Below are positions 44,645-56,100 of a stretch of DNA of 64,000 nucleotides, piece after piece. Location of the stretch: positions 1,116,001 through 1,180,000 of the forward strand of contig OZ037841.1 of the NCBI GenBank assembly GCA_964035575.1, read 5' to 3'. Position 1 is the stretch's first letter, and each line of letters opens with the position of its first letter. Source of the stretch: Rhynchopus sp. YZ270_cl-10 (taxonomy: Eukaryota). A program made the position numbers and the translations under genes. The notes under the pieces were generated by a model. The model was not told the DNA's origin. It ran no database searches and was given only the letters and a program-made list of their open reading frames with translations.

Positions 44645-45305
44645 TTTTATCCACGCGCGTGAAGCTTTATTTTCCTCGCCCACCCAAAAGTACGTGGAGG
44701 GGTGTGAAAATAAAATTTTTATTTTCACCCTGTGAAAATAAAAATTTTATTTTCACCGTTTTTTTTCACCCGTCTTAAGCCCCCAAACACCCCCAAACTC
44801 ACCCTATTTTTTTCGAGTTTTTTTTTTCCCCAGGGTATCTGGACTGGGGTGGGGGGACGGGGCGTGCATGGTGGTAGCTACAAACTTGTTGGAGTAGCCC
44901 TCGAGCTGTGTCAGCGGAGGTAATATATTTTAGGGTAAATTGCGATAGCACGTACAAAAAGTGTGCGTGTTATCGCGAACAAAAACGTACGTGTTTTCCC
45001 CAGGTACCCAGTACCAGTACCCCCAATGACATAACGAAGTATCGCTTGAAAGTATTGTTCAATAACCTTGGGTGTGCAGGTGAAGTAGGACACACAAGGT
45101 ATATCAAACGATAAATCAATCAGATAAACGTTACATCATTGGAAAATTGTTGGCACCGCCCCCCTGTCTTCGTATTTAGTACGTCGACAGGCCAAACAGC
45201 GTTGGGCTCAGAAGAAGCGGTGCAAGACACTGGAGATCCACACTACAGGTCTCACACGACACTTGGGCGGGCTCGGAAAATAAAGCTTCACACTTATGGA
45301 TAAAA
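44645..45305. repeat. Pair of ~43-bp inverted repeats (44645-44687 / 45263-45305) enclosing a nested palindrome at 44704-44756
   Basis: TTTTATCCACGCGCGTGAAGCTTTATTTTCCTCGCCCACCCAA versus TTGGGCGGGCTCGGAAAATAAAGCTTCACACTTATGGATAAAA. Confidence 0.65.
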
Positions 45306-45312
45306 TTATGTC

Positions 45313-45455
45313 TTGGAGTAGAAAATAAGCGTTTTTTTCACCTCGTTGGTGTTTTCAACCCTCGTGACTTTAATTCCCTCGCTTCGCTCGTGAATTAAAG
45401 TAACTCGGGTTGAAAACACCAACTCGGTGAAAAAAACGACTTATTTTCACTCCAA
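45313..45455. repeat. 143-bp imperfect hairpin with CTCGCTTCGCTCG apex
   Basis: ~60-bp arms are reverse complementary apart from small internal loops. Confidence 0.85.
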
Positions 45456-45959
45456 TAAATAGCTATTTTCTTTTGCCAGCAATGCTCTCTCTTCCCTATG
45501 GCAACATTATTTATTATTCCTATTTTGGTAGTGCTGCACACTGTTCACGCACAGTGAGGGGGAATGGTCCCTGTGGTGGGTGGTGGGTGATGGCTCTTCT
45601 CAAAACCAGTTTTCACTATCTCAGAAGATATAGACACACACCCCACCCCAAATCACCAACGCGGAGCGTTATGACACACAAAATAAAGCTTTCCCCCCCA
45701 CTTTTTTTCCACCTCAATAAATTCATCGCCATATTTTGTCACCATTCTTCCCTACCTAACGAATCACGCATCCTACGTGATGTAATCGGAAACCAAAACA
45801 CCCCATACTTTCTATCACCAAGGGGTTAACCGAGAAATCCTTACCTCCGAATTCCTCGTACTTCTCTCATCTTGAGTCTACGCCATTATATCTCCCCCCT
45901 TTTGCAACTCATCCCCTTTTCCCTAGCATACACAACAACCGCTTCCTTTGGAATAAATA

Positions 45960-46652
45960 ATGGAGTTTCAACGCAAACCACCTAAGGTGTGGAAGACACA
46001 GGAGGACCGGATGGGGATGAAGCGGTTAATTGTGATTCTTGAGCGCTGCTTTCTCGAGACCGCCAAGGTGGGTGACCACTACGCGCTGCTTAATGGTGAC
46101 GAACACTACCGGTTTTTGGGGAAATACGGAAAGGATTTTGCGGACTACCGTCCCGACATTCCTCACCAATGCCTTCTCACGCTGTTGGACTCCCCTTTGA
46201 ACCGGGCGGGTCTTTTGCAGATCTACTTTTGTACTGAGGAAGGGGTTCTGGTCGAAGTGGATCCACGTACACGCGCACCGAGAACGTTCCGACAATTTGC
46301 ACGCCTCTGCATCCAGCTGCAACACAAATTTAAGGTAAAGGCGGAGGGTGCAAACCACACCCTCATGAAGGTGATCAAGAAGCCTGTTACCCTGCATATC
46401 CCGATGGACTGTCCTCGTATCGGAACATCGAAGGAAGGGCTCAAGGTGGATATCTACGACTACGTGAAGGAGCTGCCCCAGGATGGTCCCTCTGTGTTTG
46501 TCTTCGGAGGGCTTGCGAAGGGTCACGTTTCACCGGATTACATTACCGAGACCATCTCCTTTTCGCCACACCCTCTCTCAGCATCGGTTGCCCTCGGCAA
46601 GCTTCTCGACGCCTACGAAGAAAAATGGACTGTCGATCCTCCCAAATCATGA
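45960..46652 (+). CDS. EMG1: Ribosomal RNA small subunit methyltransferase NEP1/EMG1 (SPOUT)
   Basis: RPDIPHQCLLTLLDSPLNRAGLLQIY, PRTF..F..L..QL.HK, LMKVIK.PVT.H, PLSASVALGKL. Confidence 0.96.
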   Translation: MEFQRKPPKVWKTQEDRMGMKRLIVILERCFLETAKVGDHYALLNGDEHYRFLGKYGKDFADYRPDIPHQCLLTLLDSPLNRAGLLQIYFCTEEGVLVEVDPRTRAPRTFRQFARLCIQLQHKFKVKAEGANHTLMKVIKKPVTLHIPMDCPRIGTSKEGLKVDIYDYVKELPQDGPSVFVFGGLAKGHVSPDYITETISFSPHPLSASVALGKLLDAYEEKWTVDPPKS

Positions 46653-47153
46653 TGACCCTCAAGCGGGGGGGGGTAATGAATGCGTTTAGTATCATATTCG
46701 AAGTCGTGGGGTTTATCAAGGGGATGGGGGGGTGGGGAGGGATGAGGGGTTCGTTGTGGATCAAAAAGAAGGTATGGGGTATGGGGTGGAGTGAAAGAAA
46801 TGTGTCAGAGCGGTGGGGGGAGAAGAAGAAAAAGGGGGAGTGTTTGTTGCCGTATTTTTGTTTGAATCAAAAGAGAGTAAAAAAAAGAAGAAGAAACATA
46901 TAGGGTAGTTTGTTTTTTCTAGTAGGTCTGTCTGCCTCCTTTTTTGTGTGTACTTTGACGATGCTGGCCATGTTGGCAGTGCCGGTGTTGTCTCTGTGTT
47001 AGGCTCAGCAGTGCAGTGGCCGGGAGGGGAGGGAGGGATGCCGCACAACGTTTGCACAGACACCATCACCCCAGGACCACCCCCCACACCCATTCCCTCC
47101 CTACGGTAACTATTGTACAAATATAGTCCTGTGTTTTCTGAGGCCCATCCGCG

Positions 47154-50100
47154 ATGGGGTGTGCAGGGGCGCGTTTGCGGCCGGGTGTTTTGCTGTTGCT
47201 GCTTCTTCTAGGCGGTGCGGACGGGTTTTTCAAGATCCCGCCGATCCCACCTTTGCCAACAATCCGTACGTGCCAGTCGAGCACGTGTAATGGGTATGGG
47301 TCTGGGGTCTCGTCGATGGCAGGGCTGCCGTGTACAGGGAGCTGTGGCGCCAGTCAGTGCTGTTGGGTGACGTGCATGAATTACAATGGGTGTCCGGCTG
47401 GGTCGACACGAACGATGTACCTGGGTTTTTTGAGTGGGAACATCCAAAACAGATGCTGCAATACTGCGAAGTGCGGCGGCGCGGTGTCCTGCGGCGTGCC
47501 CGGTTGGCGCGACGACGGTCTGAGCAACTTCGCCTGCGGCACCTCCTGCAGCCTCCAAACCTGCTGCAAAGCCACCTGTGCAAACTATCCCTGCCAGCTC
47601 GGGCCACCCTCCAACACAAACGACTGCCCAAACCAGCAGTGCAACGACGATCTCTGCTGCACACAGCACTGCAACACCTACACCTGTCCCGCACCTCTCA
47701 TTAAGCGCGGCAGTGCGCCAAACACCTACTGTCCGTCAAGCTGCGCCTTGAACCCAACAGACTGCTGCAAAAGCCCGCCTACAAACTGCAGGGACTATGA
47801 CTCATGTCCTGCGTCGCTTACGTCGTTCGGCCCGAAGACCTGCGCAGGGGTGTGCACGACTAATCAGTGCTGCGGGAAGACGTGCCAGAACGCGGGCGTG
47901 TCGGTGTGCGGTGCGAATGCCTTTCTTGAGCCGAGCAACCTCGGTTACTTCTGCCCAAGCGACAACTGCGACGATGTGTCGTGCTGCTTCCAGAAGTGCT
48001 CCAGCTACTCCTGCTCTGCGCCGTGGACCACAGACCCGACGGCGGTGCCTGCGTCCAAGACGTGTCCAGGGCAGTGCTCGTATGACCCTTCGCCGTGCTG
48101 CCTGCGGACGTGCAGCGACTACACCTGTGGTGCTCATCCTAAGCTGCCTTCACCAGGTCCATGCGCAGCAGACACATGTCAGACCACAGAGTGCTGCGAC
48201 ATCTATCAATGCGGAGCCCACTCCTGCGGAACCAACTGGGAGCCCGACGCCAGCAAAGCATCTATGTACTGCGGTGGTGTCTGCGGTGACGCGCAGTGCT
48301 GTCTGCGTAGCTGCAGCAGTCTCAGCTGCGCGGCACACCATGCATCGTTGCCCGGCTCTACAACGTGTGCAGTTGACCCGTGCCAGCACGCCGAGTGCTG
48401 CACGCCTTTGTGCAGCGGCTTCTCTTGTCCTGCGCACTATGCAGATAAGGCAGGATCCACTCAGTGCGTCTCTGGCACGTGCGATAAGACTATCTGCTGC
48501 ACTGAGCTCTGTAGTAGTGGTAGTGTCACATGTGACGCCAGCCATACCCTCAAGCCTGCCGCAGCCTCCATTCAATGCGTCGGCGCCACTTGCACCTCAA
48601 GCATCTGTTGCGACCCCATGTGCTCAACACACAGCGGCTGCAAGCAGTCCAAGGGCCGCATCTTCAAGTCCTCCCCCGAAACGATCCGTTGTACAAGTGG
48701 CTGCACCAACTTCCTCTGCTGCGATGTGCTGTGCAACAAGGATTCAGTCACATGCACCGCACCTCGCACGAAGAAGTCGAACGCAAACACTATAACCTGT
48801 GGAGCAACATCTGGTGCCTGTTCAGAAGATACATGCTGCGATGCAACATGCGCCACAGTTACATGCGGAGCAGGATACATTGACCTTGCCACAAAGCTCA
48901 CAGTGAAGTGCGATCTTCCGTCAGGGTGTTCTGTGGACACGTGCTGTGAGGCTGTGTGTTCACACAGTTCAGTCACGTGTCCGTCTGATCGTCTGCTGGT
49001 CACTTCTCCATCTTCTGTGAAATGTGGTGGTGATGCGACAAAGTGCACAGCAGACGTGTGTTGCGACTACACATGCACGGGATACAACTGTCCTGTTGGA
49101 CACACTGCTCAAATGGATCTTGCAGACATTCCGTGTGGGCTTACTGCAGGCAGCTGCACAGATGCGATGTGTTGCGATCCGAACTGCGCTCACAGCAGTG
49201 TGACATGCGGGACGAACTTGCAGAAGCGGACTGACGCGTCGTCGGTGGATTGCGATGGTGGCATGCTGTCTGGCTGCACAGAGGACAAATGCTGTCATCC
49301 ATTGTGTTCTGGGTACACATGTCTGGCAGGATTTACGGACAAGTCTGCGCCTGGCTCTATTGCGTGCTCAAGTGGGACTTGTGATGACACTGTCTGCTGT
49401 GACGTGACATGCGACAACACTGGGGTACCGTGCACAGGTGTGAACATGAAAAAGCCCAATGCGAACACGCTGACGTGTGGCCTAACGACGACAGAATGCA
49501 CAGAGACCGAGTGCTGTGAGGCGACGTGTTCGGCGGTCACATGTCCAGCTGGTTTCGTTGACCTTGCCACGAAGCCCACAGTGAAGTGTGTGCTTCCAGA
49601 TGGATGTTCTGTGGACACATGTTGTGAGGCTGTGTGTTCACACAGCTCGGTTATGTGCCCCACGGGAAGAATGTTGGTACCAACACCAGAGCTTGTTCTC
49701 TGCAACGGGGACGAGACAGCATGTACGCTTGATAAGTGCTGTGACTACACCTGCCTTGGCTACGTATGCGAGGCAGGCTCGACACTGCTGCCTGCTCCTG
49801 AGGCGGTGTCTTGCGGTCTCACGGCTAGTTGCACAGGCGCCACCTGCTGCGAGCCCAACTGTGCGCACCCTGGCTTTGTGTGCGCGGCGTTCTCGGAAAA
49901 GCGTGGAGATGCTGCATCGATACTGTGCGGAGGCACGCTTTCAGATTGCAAACAGGACGCTTGCTGCTACCCCACCTGCTCCGGCTACACGTGCACCCCA
50001 GGGTTCGTGGCAAAGGCAGCTGCTTCACTAGTCTGTACGAGTGGGACTTGCGATGACACTGTTTGCTGCGACGTGCTGTGCAGCAACCCTGGGGTGTCGT

Positions 50101-53100
50101 GTGGAGCACTGGACAACATGTACGAGATGTTGACCTGCGGTGCCACTGTGGCCACATGCGACTTGCAGGTGTGCTGTCGGTCCACATGTGACACGTACAT
50201 GTGTCCGTCTGATTTTTCTAAAAAGAGTATCGCAGGGATCGAATGTGGTGTGGGCGCAAATGACTGCACTCCTTCTCTCTGCTGCAACGAGATGTGCAGT
50301 AGCGGGACTGTCGCATGCGGGACAGGACACGAACTGAAGATAGGCGCAGCAAACATCGAGTGCATTGGTGCCACCTGCACACCTACCACATGCTGTGACC
50401 CGATGTGCGTGACACACAGCTGTTTGGGAACCAGTGGGTTTGTGGACAAAGCTTCTCCTGCCACAATCCGTTGTGAGAACGGGTGCGGCGATGCGCTGTG
50501 CTGTGACGTGCTCTGCAACAATCCAACCTTCACCTGCACTGCACCACAGACAAAGAAGTCAGACGCCAACATGCTGACCTGTGGTGCAACGTCTGCTGCC
50601 TGTTCTGCAGATGTGTGTTGCGATGCAACATGTGCCGCAATCACATGTCCAGCTGGTTTCGTTGACCTTGCCACAAAACTCACAGTGAAGTGTGGCCTTC
50701 CGTCAGGGTGTTCTGTGGGCACATGTTGTGAGGCTGTGTGTTCACACAGCTCAGTCACGTGTCCGATGGGACGTGTGCTTATGCCATCGCCGGAGTTGAT
50801 TAAATGTGGTGGTGATGCGACAAAGTGCACACCGGACGTGTGCTGCGATTACACATGCGACAGCCAAACGTGCCCCATGGGGTATACCTCCATCAACGAC
50901 CCACACACTGTGTCATGTGGTATGTCTCTGAGCATGTGCACCACTGACCTGTGCTGTGCCCCCAACTGTGAGCACTCCTCAGTCACTTGCGGCGCGGATA
51001 AGATGAAGATAGTGAACCCGTCTAGTGTGCTGTGTGGGGGTATTCTAGCTGGGTGTACCGAAGATAGGTGCTGTGACATCCTGTGTTCTGGGTACACATG
51101 TGGACCAGGCTTCACGGCAAATGCAACTGTTGCAAACACACCGTGCCTTGCTGGTGCTTGTGACGAAATGCTATGCTGCGACGTGCTGTGCAGCAACCCT
51201 GGGGTCACTTGTCCCGCAGGACTCGATAAGGTGTACCCGTCATCAACATGTGGCTTCAACGGACAATGCGAGCTGGCCATATGTTGCCGCTCCACATGCG
51301 ACCAGTACACATGCCCTTCAGGCTTCTCCAGCAACGGTATACTGGGCGTCGAATGCGGACTGAATGTAGGTGACTGCACGCCTTCTCTCTGCTGCGACGA
51401 GATGTGCGACAGCGGGACTGTCGCATGTGGGACAGGACACGAACTGAAGACGAACGCAGCAACCATCAAGTGCGTCGGTCCTACTTGCACACCTACCACA
51501 TGCTGTGACCCGATGTGCTCAACACACAGCTGTGTGGGAACCAGTGGGTTTGTGGACAAAGCTTCTCCTGCCACAATCCGTTGTGAGAACGGGTGCGATG
51601 ATGCGCTGTGCTGCGACGTGCTCTGCAACAGTGCTGCGGTCACCTGCACTGCACCACAGACAAAGAAGTCAGACGCCAACATGCTGACCTGTGGTGCAAC
51701 GTCTGCTGCCTGTTCTGCAGATGTGTGTTGCGATGCAACATGTGCCACAGTCACATGTCCAGCTGGTTTCGTTGACCTTGCCACAAAACTCACAGTGAAG
51801 TGTGGTCTTCCCTCAGGATGTTCTGTGGACACATGTTGTGAGGCTGTGTGTTCACACAGTTCAGTCATGTGTCCAACTGATCGTCTGCTGGTCACTTCTC
51901 CATCTTCTGTGAAATGTGGTGGTGATGCGACAAAGTGCACAGCAGACGTGTGCTGCGACTACACATGCACGGGATACAACTGTCCTGTTGGACACACTGC
52001 TCAAATGGATCTTGCAGACATTCCGTGTGGGCTTACTGCAGGCAGCTGCACAGATGCGATGTGTTGCGATCCGAACTGCGCTCACAGCAGTGTGACATGC
52101 GGGACGAACTTGCAGAAGCGAACTGACGCGTCGTCTGTGGATTGCGATGGTGGCATGCTGTCTGGCTGCACAGAGGACAAATGCTGTCATCCATTGTGCT
52201 CTGGGTACACATGTGGCGTTGGGTTTGTGGACAAGCTGATGACAGGCTCCATTGCTTGCGAGAGTGGGACTTGCGATGACACCGTTTGCTGCGACGTGTT
52301 GTGCAGCAACCCTGGGGTGTCGTGTGGAGCACTGGACAACATGTACGAGATGTTGACCTGCGGTGCCACTGTGGCCACATGCGACTTGCAGGTGTGCTGT
52401 CGGTCCACATGTGACATGTACACGTGTCCGTCAGGGTTCTCCAAGAATGGCGTCATCGGGATCGAATGTGGTGTGAACGCAAATGACTGCATACCTTCTC
52501 TCTGCTGCAACGAGATGTGCGACAGCGGGACTGTCGCATGCGGGACAGGACACGAACTGAAGACGGACGCAGCAACCATCGAGTGCATTGGTGCCACCTG
52601 CACACCTACCACATGCTGTGACCCGATGTGCTCGACACATACCTGCCTGGGAACCAGTGGGTTTGTGGACAAAGCTTCTCCTGCCACAATCCGTTGTGAG
52701 AACGGGTGCGGCGATGCGCTGTGCTGTGACGTGCTCTGCAACAGTGCTGCGGTCACCTGCACTGCACCACAGACAAAGAAGCCTGACGCCAACATGCTGA
52801 CCTGTGGTGCAACGTCTGCTGCCTGTTCTGCAGATGTGTGTTGCGATGCAACATGTGCCGCAATTACATGTCCAGCTGGTTTCGTTGACCTTGCCACAAA
52901 ACTCACAGTGAAGTGTGGTCTTCCCTCAGGGTGTTCTGTGGACACATGTTGTGAGGCTGTGTGTTCACACAGCTCAGTCATGTGCCCTAGCCCTAGCCGG
53001 GTTCTAATTTCATCTGCTTCCTCGGTGAAATGTGGTGGTGATGCGACGATGTGCACAACCGATGTGTGCTGCGACTACACGTGCCACGGATACGTATGCT

Positions 53101-56100
53101 CATCTGGTGCGACACTGTCACCAGCTGCTGCTAGCCTTGCATGTGGCCTGTATTCCAATACCTGCACGGGGGACATTTGCTGCGACCTCAACTGTGCCCA
53201 CTCTGGCGTTGTATGTGGTGCAGACTCACTCAAACGATTCGATGCTCCAAGCGTCCTCTGCGAGGGCGACCTTAGCATGTGCACGGAAGAGAAATGTTGC
53301 TTCCCGTTGTGCTCAGGCCACACCTGCGAAGCTGGTTACACGGACAAGGCACTAAAGAGTGGCATTGTCTGCGTCGCTGGCACATGCGATGACACCGTTT
53401 GCTGCGACGTGCTCTGTAACAACGCAGCTGTCGATTGTGGATCACTGGACAACATGTACCCGACTTCAATGTGCGGCTCCACTGTGGCCACATGCGACTT
53501 GCAGGTGTGCTGTCGGTCCACATGTGACATGTACACGTGTCCGTCAGGGTTCTCCAAGAATGGCGTCATCGGGATCGAATGTGGTGTGAACGCAAATGAC
53601 TGCATACCTTCTCTCTGCTGCAACGAGATGTGCGACAGCGGGACTGTCGCATGCGGGACAGGACACGAACTGAAGACGGACGCAGCAACCATCGAGTGCA
53701 TTGGTGCCACCTGCACACCTACCACATGCTGTGACCCGATGTGCTCGACACATACCTGCCTGGGAACCAGTGGGTTTGTGGACAAAGCTTCTCCTGCCAC
53801 AATCCGTTGTGAGAACGGGTGTCATGATGAGTTGTGCTGTGACGTGCTCTGCAACAACCCAACCTTCACCTGCACTGCACCACAGACAAAGAAGTCAGAC
53901 GCCAACATGCTGACCTGTGGTGCAACGTCTGCTGCCTGTTCTGCAGATGTGTGTTGCGATGCAACATGTGCCACAGTCACATGTCCAGCTGGTTTCGTTG
54001 ACCTTGCCACAAAACTCACAGTGAAGTGTGGTCTTCCGTCAGGATGTTCGTCTGCCACCTGCTGCGAGGCTGTGTGTTCACACAGCTCAGTCATGTGTCC
54101 GACCGATCGTCTGCTTGTTACATCTCCGTCTTCTGTGAATTGCGGTGGTGACCCGACAAAGTGCACAGCAGATGTGTGCTGCGACTACACATGCACGGGA
54201 TACAACTGTCCTGTTGGACACACTGCACAAATGGATCTTGCAGACATTCCGTGTGGGCTTACTGCAGGCAGCTGCACAGATGCGATGTGTTGCGATCCGA
54301 ACTGCGCTCACAGCAGTGTGACATGCGGGACGAACTTGCAGAAGCGAACTGACGCGTCGTCTGTGGATTGCGATGGTGGCATGCTGTCTGGCTGCACAGA
54401 GGACAAATGCTGTCATCCATTGTGCTCTGGGTACACATGTGGCGTTGGGTTTGTGGACAAGCTGATGACAGGCTCCATTGCTTGCGAGAGTGGGACTTGC
54501 GATGACACCGTTTGCTGCGACGTGTTGTGCAGCAACCCTGGGGTGTCGTGTGGAGCACTGGACAACATGTACCCGACTTCAATGTGCGGCTCCACTGTGG
54601 CCACATGCGACTTGCAGGTGTGCTGTCGGTCCACATGTGACATGTACACGTGTCCGTCAGGGTTCTCCAAGAATGGCGTCATCGGGATCGAATGTGGTGT
54701 GAACGCAAATGACTGCATACCTTCTCTCTGCTGCAACGAGATGTGCGACAGCGGGACTGTCGCATGCGGGACAGGACACGAACTGAAGACGGACGCAGCA
54801 ACCATCGAGTGCATTGGTGCCACCTGCACACCTACCACATGCTGTGACCCGATGTGCTCGACACATACCTGCCTGGGAACCAGTGGGTTTGTGGACAAAG
54901 CTTCTCCTGCCACAATCCGTTGTGAGAACGGGTGTCATGATGAGTTGTGCTGTGACGTGCTGTGCAACAATCCAACCTTCACCTGCACTGCACCACAGAC
55001 AAAGAAGTCAGACGCCAACATGCTGACCTGTGGTGCAACGTCTGCTGCCTGTTCTGCAGATGTGTGTTGCGATGCAACATGTGCCACAGTCACATGCGGG
55101 ACAGGTTTCGTTGACCTTGCCACAAAACTCACAGTGAAGTGTGGTCTTCCCTCAGGCTGTTCTGGTGACACATGTTGTGAGGCTGTGTGTTCACACAGCT
55201 CAGTCATGTGTCCGACCGATCGTCTGCTTGTTACTTCTCCGTCTTCTGTGAAATGTGGTGGTGATGCGACAAAGTGCACAGCAGACGTGTGCTGCGCATA
55301 CACATGTGAAGGTTTCACATGTTCGGATGGACAGTCGCCTCAAATGGACCCAGCGCAGATCAATTGTGGCTTAGGAAGTGGCAGCTGTACCGAAGCTATG
55401 TGTTGTTTCCCGAACTGCGCGCACAATAGTGTTACCTGTGGTCTGCACTCTGAGAAGCGAACTGACGCATCTTCACTTGCTTGTACTGGAGGCACGCTCA
55501 CCGGGTGCACGGAGACGATGTGTTGCCACGCAAAGTGTTCTTCGTATACGTGCGACACAGGATTCATAGACAAAGCTGCCATTGCAGATATAGTTTGTGT
55601 GACCGGTGTGTGTGACAACGCTGTCTGCTGTGACGTGGTGTGCGGTAACCCAGGGGTCACCTGTGCCCCAGGATTGGCCAAGAAGAACGATCAAGACACC
55701 TGTGGTGAGTCTGTAGTTTCATGCGACACAGGTCTCTGCTGCCGCTCCCTGTGCTCCCAGTACACATGCCCCACGGGTTTTATTTCAAACAACATTCTGG
55801 GCCTCGAATGCGGAGGATTGCTATCGGACTGTACACCTTCTCTCTGTTGCATAGAGTACTGTGATAGTGGAAGTGTCACATGTGGGACAGGACACGAACT
55901 GAAGACAGACGCAGCAACTATCAAGTGCGTCGGTCCTACTTGCACACCTACCACATGCTGTGACCCGATGTGCTCAACACACAGCTGTTTGGGAACCAGT
56001 GGGTTTGTGGACAAAGCTTCTCCTGCCACAATCCGTTGTGAGAACGGGTGCGATGATGCGCTGTGCTGTGACGTGCTCTGCAACAACCCAACCTTCACCT

